From the NCBI GenBank assembly GCA_963842525.1, contig CAWJGT010000001.1:160001-224000 (forward strand): 64,000 nt of DNA, read 5' to 3'. The position numbers were made by a program, and so were the translations under genes. The notes under the pieces were generated by a model, which worked only from the letters and a program-made list of their open reading frames with translations, did no database searches and had not been told where the DNA came from. This document shows, in pieces, positions 35,084 through 44,560 of this stretch; the stretch's first letter is position 1, and every line of letters starts with the position of its first letter. Origin of the DNA: an uncultured Holophagales bacterium (GTDB lineage Bacteria; Acidobacteriota; Thermoanaerobaculia; Multivoradales; UBA5704).

Positions 35084-36619
35084 GTGCCTCTCCTCGACCG
35101 GCCGCTGATCGCCGTCTCGGCGCTCGTCTATCTCCTGGTCACACTCGCCATCGGCGTCTGGTCAGTGCGGCGGACGCGGACCCCTCGCGATTTCTGGATC
35201 GCCGGGCAGGGGCTGGGGGTGCTGGTCACCGGGCTGGTCACCATGGCGGCGGCGTTCAGCGGCTTCGTGTTCCTGGGGGGGCCGGGGCTGACGTATCGGA
35301 TGGGCCTCACGTCGCTCTTCATCAACCTGCCGATCGGATTCACCTCCGCCCTGCTGGGCTGGGCCGTGGCGAAACGTCTGCGCCTCCTCGCCGAGGTGCG
35401 TGAGGTCTATACGGTCCCGGACGCGATCCTCTGCCGGTTCGGCAGCCGGTTGACGTCGGGCACGGCGGCCGTGGCGATCCTGGTGGGGACGGTCGGCTAT
35501 CTCGGCACGCAGCTCCTGGCTCTCGGACGGCTCCTCGAAACCGTGCTCGGCTTGCGCGGCCTCGCAGGCGGCTGGAGCCTCGCAGCCGGCGTGGCCATCG
35601 GCCTCGGCGTCCTCCTCTTCTACAGCGTCGCAGGGGGGATGATCGCCGGGGTGTACACCGACGTGTTCCAGGGCACCTTGATGATCCTGGCCGCCTGCAC
35701 CATCTTCTACTACGCCATGGAGGCGGGGGGTGGCCTGGGATCGATCGCGGCGAGCATCGCCGGCTCGGAGCGGTTCGGCCGGGCCTTCCTGGAGCCGTTC
35801 GGCACGACGCCGGTCCTCACGGCCCTGGGCTTCTATTTCGTCTTCGGGGTCGGCGTGCTCGGCCAGCCGCACATGCTTCACAAATTCTTCATGCTGAAGG
35901 ACCCGCGGCGCCTCAAATGGCTGCCGGTGACCCTCGGCGCCTCCCAGATCCTCTGCCTGCTGATCTGGTTCGGCGTGGGGATCGCGGTGCCGGCGCTGGT
36001 GGCCCAGGGCAAGCTCCCTCCTCTGGCTCAGCCGGACGACGCTGCGCCGGCCTTCCTCCTGCGGTTTGCGCCGGAGGCCGTGACCGGGCTGGCCATCGCG
36101 GGCATCCTGGCGGCAATCATGTCCACGGCGGACTCCTTCATGAACATCGGGGCCGCCGCGCTGGTGCGCGACCTGCCGCGGGCGTTCGGGAAGCGGACGG
36201 CGGACGAGCTGCTCTGGGGCCGGATCGCGACGGTGGGCGTCACCCTGGCCGCCGCCGGGCTGGCCTTCCTCTATGGCGACCTGATCGCCTTGCTCGGCAC
36301 GTTCTCCTTTGGCACGTTCGCTGCCGCGCTGGCGCCCGCGCTGGCCGTGGGGCTCAACTGGAAACGGGTGCCGGCCGTGGCGGCGACGGCGTCGATCGCG
36401 GTGGGAACGGTCCTCAATGTGGGTCTCGAATTCCTGGGGCGGCAGACCTTCTTTCCTTCCTGGCCGAAGCCGCCGCTGCCCCCCGGCGCTCTTCCCACGG
36501 CCGTCTCTCTCGCCGCCTCGTTCACGGTGCTGTTCGCCGTGACCGCCTGGGTGGGCCGGCGCGGAGAGGCTGCGATTCCATCCATCCCCCCCGACATCGC
36601 TGCGGTGATGGAGGTCTGA
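35084..36619 (+). CDS. Sodium:solute symporter family protein
   Basis: GTG start; 'DFWIAG', 'FSGFVFLGGPG', 'GVYTDVFQG', 'AAIMSTADS'. Confidence 0.9.
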   Translation: MPLLDRPLIAVSALVYLLVTLAIGVWSVRRTRTPRDFWIAGQGLGVLVTGLVTMAAAFSGFVFLGGPGLTYRMGLTSLFINLPIGFTSALLGWAVAKRLRLLAEVREVYTVPDAILCRFGSRLTSGTAAVAILVGTVGYLGTQLLALGRLLETVLGLRGLAGGWSLAAGVAIGLGVLLFYSVAGGMIAGVYTDVFQGTLMILAACTIFYYAMEAGGGLGSIAASIAGSERFGRAFLEPFGTTPVLTALGFYFVFGVGVLGQPHMLHKFFMLKDPRRLKWLPVTLGASQILCLLIWFGVGIAVPALVAQGKLPPLAQPDDAAPAFLLRFAPEAVTGLAIAGILAAIMSTADSFMNIGAAALVRDLPRAFGKRTADELLWGRIATVGVTLAAAGLAFLYGDLIALLGTFSFGTFAAALAPALAVGLNWKRVPAVAATASIAVGTVLNVGLEFLGRQTFFPSWPKPPLPPGALPTAVSLAASFTVLFAVTAWVGRRGEAAIPSIPPDIAAVMEV

Positions 36620-36620
36620 C

Positions 36621-37520
36621 ATGGACCGAGACCCGAACGTCCGTTTCCTCGTCAATCCAGCGGCCGGGCGCGGCGCGGCCCGCGACTGCATCGACCGCCT
36701 CCGCGTTCTGGCGTCCCAGGCGGGCGCCGGCCTGGTGATCACCCGTAGGGTGGGCGACCTCGCCGAGCAGGCCCGCAAGGCGGCCGAGGACGGGGTCGAG
36801 CGGCTGCTGGTCGTCGGCGGGGACGGCACGGTGCATCAGGCGATCCAGGGGCTGGCCAACACCTCCTGCGCCCTGGGTGTGGTGCCGTTGGGCTCCGGCA
36901 ACGACCTTGCCGCGACGCTGGGAGTTCCCCGCGACCTCGAGGTGGCGGTCCGACAGGCGCTGATGGGACCGCTCCTGTGGATGGATCTGCTCCGCCTGGG
37001 GGAGACCTTCTCCGCCAGCTACTTCGGGCTCGGCTTCGACTCGGAGGTGACCCGGGTCGCGAATCAGGTGAAGCGGCTGCGCGGGCCGCTCATCTACCCG
37101 TATGCGGTCTTCCGCACCCTCGCCTCCTTCGAGCCGCCTTCCTTGAAGATCGTCCACGACGAGGGCACCTTCGAAGGGCGCGTGATGTTCACAACGGTGG
37201 CCAACATCCCCCGCTTCGGAGGGGGCATGCAGATCGCCCCCATGGCCGACTTCGACGACGGCCTGCTGGACCTGGTGATCGTCAAGGCGATCTCCAAGCT
37301 CAAGCTGCTCACGGTTTTCCCCAAGGTCTACGGCGGGAAGCACGTCGGCCATCCGGCCGTGACCTTCGCCCGTACGCAACGGGTGGAGATCACGGCCGAT
37401 CGGGAGTTGGAGATTTATGGCGGCGGCGAGCCGGTGCGGCCGATTGCGGCGGGAGAAACTGCCGTCGTGGAGGTCGTGCCGGGTGGGCTGCGGGTGGTAG
37501 GTCGCCCCTCACCCCCCTGA
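36621..37520 (+). CDS. Diacylglycerol/lipid kinase family protein (YegS/BmrU-like)
   Basis: 'NPAAG', 'GGDGT', 'PLGSGNDLA', 'FGGG', 'DDGLLD'. Confidence 0.9.
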   Translation: MDRDPNVRFLVNPAAGRGAARDCIDRLRVLASQAGAGLVITRRVGDLAEQARKAAEDGVERLLVVGGDGTVHQAIQGLANTSCALGVVPLGSGNDLAATLGVPRDLEVAVRQALMGPLLWMDLLRLGETFSASYFGLGFDSEVTRVANQVKRLRGPLIYPYAVFRTLASFEPPSLKIVHDEGTFEGRVMFTTVANIPRFGGGMQIAPMADFDDGLLDLVIVKAISKLKLLTVFPKVYGGKHVGHPAVTFARTQRVEITADRELEIYGGGEPVRPIAAGETAVVEVVPGGLRVVGRPSPP

Positions 37521-37562
37521 CCCCCCTCTCCCATCCGCACTCACACCCACCGGGAGAGGGGG
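37505..37562. repeat. CCCCTCACCCC…GGGAGAGGG palindromic repeat
   Basis: Same motif as 51914-51972 and 55785-55941; supplies the kinase stop codon. Confidence 0.65.
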
Positions 37563-37571
37563 GAAAAGTCT

Positions 37572-37941
37572 CTAGGGTGCGACCTTGAACTCCACGCCCT
37601 GGGCCAGCGGGAGGTCGGCGCCCCAGTTGATCGTGCAGGTCTGCCGGCGCATGTAGGCCTTCCAGGAGTCGGAGCCCGCCTCGCGTCCGCCGCCGGTCTC
37701 TTTTTCGCCGCCGAAGGCGCCGCCGATCTCAGCTCCCGATGTGCCGATGTTGACGTTGGCGATGCCGCAGTCGCTGCCGGTCGCCGCCAGGAAGCGCTCG
37801 GCGTGCCGCATGTTGAGCGTGAAGATCGCCGAGGAGAGCCCCTGCGGCACGCTGTTGTGGATGCGGATGGCCTCGTCGAGGTCGTCGAACTCGAAGACAT
37901 AGAGGATCGGCGCGAAGGTCTCCTCGCAGGTGATCGGCATC
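37572..37941 (-). pseudogene. Duplicated 3' fragment of the aldehyde dehydrogenase gene
   Basis: [11 protein letters not shown]…QGVEFKVAP* is nearly identical to the last 122 aa of 42953-44494. Confidence 0.9.
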
Positions 37942-38195
37942 TGCCGTCAGCGCCCAGTCCTCTCCGGCGCTCCTCAGGAAGACCATGATGGCCTTTCATG
38001 AGCTTCGCTCCTCCTCCGGCGCAGACTAGAGGAGCGAAACTTACAGAAGCATTACAGTGGAGCCGGACCGATCCCTCGGTGGCTGCGGGCATGTGAGCAG
38101 GAAACGTGAAAAAGGCCGCACCTGCTCGATTCACAGAGCATTGGGCCGCTGCCTCTGAATTTCACCACCAGTGCGATCCAGAGAAGGCGAAAAAA

Positions 38196-38410
38196 GGCCC
38201 CGGAGGGGCCCATGGCATGTAGCCCGGGGCCAGAGCGAGGAACGAGCGGCGGCCCCGGGTCTGGAAACGAAAATATTCCCAAGCCCCGGAGGGGCGGCAG
38301 CAGACCGATAAGGCACAGGCTTGCTGCCGCCCCTCCGGGGCTTGAAGATTTTTGGGCCTCTCTACCCGGGGCCGCCGCTCGTTCCTCGCTTTGGCCCCGG
38401 GCTACACGCC
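38196..38410. repeat. Long nested-hairpin element (REP/PATE-like)
   Basis: GTAGCCCGGGGCCA…GGCCCCGGGCTAC outer arms enclosing AAGCCCCGGAGGGGCGGCAGCA…TGCTGCCGCCCCTCCGGGGCTT. Confidence 0.75.
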
Positions 38411-38440
38411 TGAGCCTCTCTAAGGCTCTTTTTTTGCAAC

Positions 38441-38656
38441 AACCGTCTTCACTCACGACCTCGACTTCGGCCACCTGCTCGCGCTCACGCATGCTGCCGG
38501 CCCCAGCGTTATCCAGGTCCGAGCCGAGGACGTGTTGCCCGCGAGCATCGGCTCGGTCGTCCTCCGCGCATTGCGCCAGCACCACGAGCTATTGGCATCA
38601 GGGCGCTTGTAGTCATAGAGCCTGCCGATTTCAGAGTCCGTATCCTACCAATCTAA
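38441..38656 (+). pseudogene. DUF5615 (PIN-like toxin) C-terminal remnant
   Basis: 'VFTHDLDFGHLLAL…PSVIQVR' then a frameshift then 'ALVVIE…RVRILPI*'. The 5' part is lost at the hairpin element. Confidence 0.7.
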
Positions 38657-38673
38657 AGTCAATCTCCTTTGCC

Positions 38674-38732
38674 GCCGAACGTGGTTGGTGCTCACCGGCG
38701 GCGTCAGCCGTCCCCTGCATGCCCTGGTAGGC
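38674..38732 (-). other. attC-like site (59 bp)
   Basis: On the minus strand after the stop: CCGATCGCCTACC…imperfect hairpin…GTTCGGC. Confidence 0.6.
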
Positions 38733-38747
38733 GATCGGTTGAGATAT

Positions 38748-39305
38748 TTACATTGGTCTTAGGTCCTCGGGACCATTGACTGCCATTCCGATGGCGAAAA
38801 GCTGCGCCGAGCGTTCGCCGGCCAGTTTGGCGAGCGATGGGTTTTGCTTAAGGTCACGGCAGAACTGGTTCGCGGCATCATGAATAGCCTCGAGGAGCGT
38901 TGTTAAAGGTACAACTACGATACTGGCGGCTTCACCTGAGCCTGCCAATAAGCGATGCATGGTGGGCTCGTCCTCGGGTGTTCCGACGAGGAAGATACGC
39001 CGCGCTTGAGCCGACTCGCTGTAGCGAGACCGTGGGGATTGCGTGTGAAGCAACCCACAACGGAAGGCGTAGAGTTCGAGTGACGTACAGGCTAGATTTG
39101 AGAGTGGGTGGAGATATGCGTCGCACCAAGCGACGAAATGCTCCGGTTTAACCTTCGGAGCGCTCAAAGGCCGGGACAGCCACGCCATGGTGTCGATGGC
39201 CATGAGAGAGAGTGAGAGCGCCGGCAGCCATTTCCCGGATCTGCTACAAAGTTCAGAGCCATCGATGAGATCTAGGATCCGATCTTCTGCAGTCTGAAGG
39301 GACAT
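38748..39305 (-). CDS. Cassette gene: putative HEPN-domain protein
   Basis: Helical protein with an R-x4-H motif 'LYAFRCGLLH'; lower GC; bounded by attC-like sites. Confidence 0.65.
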   Translation of the reverse strand: MSLQTAEDRILDLIDGSELCSRSGKWLPALSLSLMAIDTMAWLSRPLSAPKVKPEHFVAWCDAYLHPLSNLACTSLELYAFRCGLLHTQSPRSRYSESAQARRIFLVGTPEDEPTMHRLLAGSGEAASIVVVPLTTLLEAIHDAANQFCRDLKQNPSLAKLAGERSAQLFAIGMAVNGPEDLRPM

Positions 39306-39321
39306 GATTATTTACCCGGTC

Positions 39322-39392
39322 GCCTAACCACTGTTGCTGCTCAGCAGCCAGGAAGCGAAGCTTTCTGGTCCGCTGGAGCAGCCTGGGTAGAA
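39322..39392 (-). other. attC-like site (71 bp)
   Basis: R' GTTAGGC. The bottom (plus) strand folds GCTGCTC-AGC…CCAGGAAGC-GAA-GCTTTCTGG…GCT(G)GAGCAGC with an extrahelical G. Confidence 0.75.
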
Positions 39393-39402
39393 GGTGCGCC
39401 AC

Positions 39403-39918
39403 TCATTGGTACGCCTTCCACACTCGTGCAGACAGAAGGAGCAGGAAACCAAGCATGAGGAGGTAGTACCGAACCGCATACCAGCGTTCGGCTTTCTTGC
39501 CGATGTCCTTCTCAACTGTCCTGGCGATCTCCAAGATCGTCTGCCGATTCTCGAGCAAGGCCCCGATCTTCTCAACATTCATGACCTCGCCAGTATCGGA
39601 GTCGGCTACGGGAATGCCTCCTTGCAGCGCCGTCGAAAGTCTCTCGACAGACTCCAGGTTTTTGAGTTTCTCGACGCCGACACGCTGAAGGTGCACAGTG
39701 GACTCAATTCTCTTGAATGCAGCAAACGCGGCGCCCACGAGCGTCAGCATGGCTACTAGCTCTAAAGTCGTTGAATTCCAGCCCAGTTTGGCCGGCTGGA
39801 GCATTGGCGCTAGGTACCCCAACACAGCGGTGGATAGACCTGCCATGAAGTAGTCGAACTTCTCGGCTGAGTCTCGCCAGAACTCGTAAGCTCGGTTGCT
39901 CCCATTCTCGGTCATCAA
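39403..39918 (-). CDS. Cassette gene: ~3-TM membrane protein
   Basis: RBS AGGAG; three hydrophobic segments; bounded by GTTAGAAGG at the start and the attC-like site at the end. Confidence 0.7.
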   Translation of the reverse strand: MMTENGSNRAYEFWRDSAEKFDYFMAGLSTAVLGYLAPMLQPAKLGWNSTTLELVAMLTLVGAAFAAFKRIESTVHLQRVGVEKLKNLESVERLSTALQGGIPVADSDTGEVMNVEKIGALLENRQTILEIARTVEKDIGKKAERWYAVRYYLLMLGFLLLLSARVWKAYQ

Positions 39919-40078
39919 TTGCTCCTAGCCCTAGCCCAGCCCGCGCCTTCTAACCTCATCGTGAACTTCTACCCACCCCGCCGGCAGTTTGCCTCGGGCC
40001 TGCTTCCGGCTTCCAAATCCGCGGGAACGAGGTGCATCGCCATGCCTCTATGTGCTTTACCTAATTATACTTAGGGCA

Positions 40079-40107
40079 AGCCTACGTTGTTCCACGATTT
40101 TCGTCAA
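40079..40107 (-). promoter_or_regulatory. Pc-like promoter facing the cassette array
   Basis: Minus strand TTGACG-N17-TAGGCT, plus a TATAAT at 40069-40064, upstream of the first GTTAGAA site (39954-39948). Confidence 0.5.
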
Positions 40108-40442
40108 TGGCTCAGTGATTGGCCGCCTATGGGAGTCGGGCCATAGATGGCCCGGTTTGCTTTGGAATTGGGAGAGCGGTGCGTGCGGCTCCGGGGTTGG
40201 AAGGCGCTGCTGCCAAAGAGCTTACAGGCATCGGCCCCACCTCTGGGGCGGCGGCATGGACGGTCACCGGCCGACCGCCCATGCCGCAGGGGACTGGTTT
40301 TACGCAAAGACTTCCAGAGAGTTGAGGCGGACAGGCGCAGCCCTCTTGACATCCTGCCTTCCTCATCCCTATCATGTGCTGCGGGTCGATTTCGATCCAG
40401 AGTATCATCAAAGACCGATGAGGAACGAGAGGAGAGAAGAGA

Positions 40443-40748
40443 ATGACTGAATTCGCCTATGTAGGGACGCTGGGAGCACTGCCGTGGCTCATCGCCGCGC
40501 TGGCAGGCATGTGCGTCCGCAACGAGGCGATCCAGGCAATTCCTTCAGGAGCAGCCCTTCCGTGGCCGCAACCGCGCCAGCAGCGCTGCAATGCCGTCGT
40601 CTGTTCCCGCCACTTCCGCAGTCGATCTGCTGGGGCTCCGTTCCCCCAAAGCCAGGCGGCGGCGCAGCGGCGCAGCGGCGCAGCATCCCTCCGGCTGCAG
40701 GCAATCAGCCCGTATCCACTGCAGAGACCGTTACCGGCGCCAGCGTAA
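40443..40748 (+). CDS. Hypothetical or degenerate ORF upstream of the 19-bp repeat array
   Basis: Preceded by TTGACA-N18-TATCAT (40346-40375) and a GAGGAG RBS; no recognisable domain. Confidence 0.3.
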   Translation: MTEFAYVGTLGALPWLIAALAGMCVRNEAIQAIPSGAALPWPQPRQQRCNAVVCSRHFRSRSAGAPFPQSQAAAQRRSGAASLRLQAISPYPLQRPLPAPA

Positions 40749-40769
40749 GTCTTCCGGCGCGGATCAGCG

Positions 40770-41188
40770 TATCCGCTACAGCTCAGCGTATCCGCCGCAG
40801 AGAACGCTATCCGCCGCAGATACCCTTATCCGCCGCAGATACCCTTATCCGGCGTAGATAGCGTTATCCAGCCCAGATAAGCTTATCCAGCCCAGATAAC
40901 GCTATCTGCGGCGGATAAGCGTATCTGCCGCAGATAAGCTTATCCAGCGCAGATAACACTATCCGCCGCGGATAACGTTATCCGCGGCGGATAAGCTTAT
41001 CCGGCCCAGATAAGGCTATCTGCCGTAGATAAGCTTATCTGCCGTAGATAACGCTATCCGCCTCGGATAAGCTTATCCGCCGCAGATAAGCTTATCCGGG
41101 CCAGAATAAGCTTATCCGGCGTAGATAAGCTTATCCGCCGCAGATAACGCTATCCAGCGCGGCCAGGCTTATCCGGAACAGATAACAT
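40770..41188. repeat. Tandem array of ~22 palindromic 19-bp units
   Basis: Consensus TATCYGCCGCAGATAAGCT (TATCY-N5-RGATA-N4). Degenerate units extend to about 40713 and 41260. Confidence 0.92.
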
Positions 41189-41292
41189 CCTCTGCCGTAG
41201 ACACGCCTATCCATGCCGTCCAAGCTCATCCGTGCCGCTGCAAGCTTATCTGGAGAAGCTACCGAAATCGTGCCGGGAGAGCACCGGTTGAA
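41173..41292. repeat. ~120-bp direct repeat (copy 2 at 42812-42931)
   Basis: ACAGATAACATCCTCTGCCGTAGACACGCC…GAGCACCGGTTGAA occurs in both places with few mismatches. Confidence 0.9.
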
Positions 41293-41415
41293 GGTGCCGA
41301 CCGCGGCGAAAACGACGGCGCGCAGGGCGAGGTCGGCGTCGTCCATGACCAGGATGCCGTTGTTGCCGCCGAGCTCCAGGAGGGCGCGGTCGAGGCGGTC
41401 GGCCAGGACCTTGCC
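41293..41415 (-). pseudogene. Internal fragment of the aldehyde dehydrogenase gene
   Basis: 'GKVLADRLDRALLELGGNNGILVMDDADLALRAVVFAAVGT' matches 43604-43732. Confidence 0.85.
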
Positions 41416-41461
41416 CCCTTGCCGCAAAGTCCGCAAAGAGCTAGCTCTCCGAGGCCTTGCA

Positions 41462-41506
41462 TGTAGCTACAGGGGACTTGACGCCGGATCTTTTTGTAGC
41501 TACATT
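41462..41506 (+). promoter_or_regulatory. brnTA promoter with two TGTAGCTACA palindromes
   Basis: TTGACG(41478)-N17-TACATT(41501); perfect palindromes at 41462-41471 and 41495-41504. Confidence 0.7.
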
Positions 41507-41512
41507 CGGCGC

Positions 41513-41791
41513 GTGGCCGCTTGGGATGAGCAGAAACGGCAAGCCAACCTCCGCAGCCACGGGCTGGATTTCGACGGATGCGAAGCGGTGTTCGACCATC
41601 CTGTCGTTACCCAGGAGGACTCCCGCATGGCCTACGGCGAGCAGCGGATCAACCTGCTCGGCTGGTTGCGCGATCGAGTCGTCCACATGACCTATACGGA
41701 GCGCGGGGAGGAGCTACACGTGATCTCCCTGCGGGAGGCAACCAAACATGAAGTCCGGTACTACTTCAAAGCCATTTCCGATGAAGCCTGA
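41513..41791 (+). CDS. brnT: BrnT-family toxin
   Basis: 'WDEQKRQANLRSHGLDF…YGEQR…TERG…ISLREATKHE'. Confidence 0.88.
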   Translation: MAAWDEQKRQANLRSHGLDFDGCEAVFDHPVVTQEDSRMAYGEQRINLLGWLRDRVVHMTYTERGEELHVISLREATKHEVRYYFKAISDEA

Positions 41792-42068
41792 AGAAATCAC
41801 CTCTGCAATCGCGATGGCGCCGGAGCGAGTTGACGACCCGGAATGCCCTTATGACCCCAACGACCCTGCAGCAGTGGAGGCGTTTTGGAAGAACGCTACC
41901 GTGCTTCGACCCGGGCAGCGCGGACCGGGAAGAAGAGCCAAGAAGATCCTGCTCTCAGTGCGGTACAGCCCAGAGGTCGTAGAGTATTTCAAGTCAACTG
42001 GCGAAGGGTGGCAGACACGCATGGACGAGGCGCTCAAGGAATGGATGACATCTCATCGCGCGGAATGA
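41781..42068 (+). CDS. brnA: BrnA-family antitoxin
   Basis: 'RGP…K…SVRYSPEVVEYFKSTGEGWQTRMDEAL'. Confidence 0.88.
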   Translation: MKPEEITSAIAMAPERVDDPECPYDPNDPAAVEAFWKNATVLRPGQRGPGRRAKKILLSVRYSPEVVEYFKSTGEGWQTRMDEALKEWMTSHRAE

Positions 42069-42165
42069 TCGTTGTACTCAGTCGCGGTGGAGCATCCAGG
42101 TCTTGGCTGCGCCCAACGCCCTTCAAGCTGAGCGACCGGCGCAGCCGGATCGCTCCGGCGCGGGG

Positions 42166-42405
42166 TTAAACGGCCACTCGCACGTGCTCACGGAGAAACT
42201 CAGGAGCGAGATCGGCACCGTTCTCCCACCCCAGCGTGTGATAGGAAAGCGTGAAGCGCTTGAATAGCTCGACGTCCCGGAGAGGACCGAAGACCGGACC
42301 ATCCAGCTCTTCACTCAGATCGACCTCGCCACAAGTGCCATCGTTGAAACGCAACCAGACTATGTGGTCACGCACATACCGCGCTTCTAAGACATGCAGA
42401 AACAT
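42166..42405 (-). CDS. DUF2442 protein
   Basis: 'ARYV…LRFNDG…VDL…GPVFGPLRD…TLGWENGADLAPEFL'. Confidence 0.85.
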   Translation of the reverse strand: MFLHVLEARYVRDHIVWLRFNDGTCGEVDLSEELDGPVFGPLRDVELFKRFTLSYHTLGWENGADLAPEFLREHVRVAV

Positions 42406-42408
42406 AAG

Positions 42409-42543
42409 CTACTCCAGCGGGTTAATCGGCTTCAGCGGAAGCTTGTGCTGCGCGAGCCGCCAGTCTTCCGCAAGCTACTCCTGACTCGATCTCAACGGTA
42501 ACCTCGAACTCCCCGTACTCCGCGTGGAAGTGACCTGGAGCAT
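42409..42543 (-). pseudogene. DUF4160 remnant
   Basis: 'HAPGHFHAEYGEFEVTVEIESG' then an internal deletion then 'EDWRLAQHKLPLKPINPLE*'. Confidence 0.65.
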
Positions 42544-42549
42544 GATCCC

Positions 42550-42770
42550 GCCCCGAAGGGGCAAAGGCGTAAAGCCTGGGGTTTCAACCCCAGGACCGCG
42601 ACCCAATCCAATCCTCAGCCCCGAAGGGGCGACGGCATGGGCGAGGGGCGCGAGCCCCGCTGTCGGGTGGCTGGTGGAGAATGCCTGCGCCCCTTCAGGG
42701 CTCCCAGGAAATTTGGGGGCGCCAACCTGGCGCTGAAGCGCCAGGCTTTATGCCCAGGCCCCTTCGGGGC
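42550..42770. repeat. Long nested-hairpin element (REP/PATE-like)
   Basis: GCCCCGAAGGGGC…AAAGCCTGG…AGCCCCGAAGGGGCG…CGCCCCTTCAGGGCT…CCAGGCTTT…GCCCCTTCGGGGC. Confidence 0.75.
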
Positions 42771-42952
42771 CTCCCAACCGAAGCCGAGCGAATCTGACAA
42801 AGTAGAATTAGCCGGTACAGATAACATCCTCTGCCGTAGACACGCCTTTCCACGCCGTCCGAGCTCATCCGTGCCGCTGCAAGCTTATCTGGAGAAGATA
42901 CCGAAATCGTGCCGGGAGAGCACCGGTTGAACCCGCTTTGCCAAGCCGGGAC

Positions 42953-44494
<1,542 letters not shown>

Positions 44495-44560
44495 GGATCA
44501 GATCTCTCCTGGTGGGGGAATTCCTGGGCTCGGGACAAGAAAGCATATCGTAGAACCGCG

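Noticed and set aside
39989-40450. Integron integrase divergent from the cassette array
   Set aside because: No tyrosine-recombinase motifs (R…HxxR…Y) are visible in any listed frame.
40770-41188. CRISPR array
   Set aside because: The units are contiguous 19-mers with no unique 25-45-nt spacers, and no cas genes are present.
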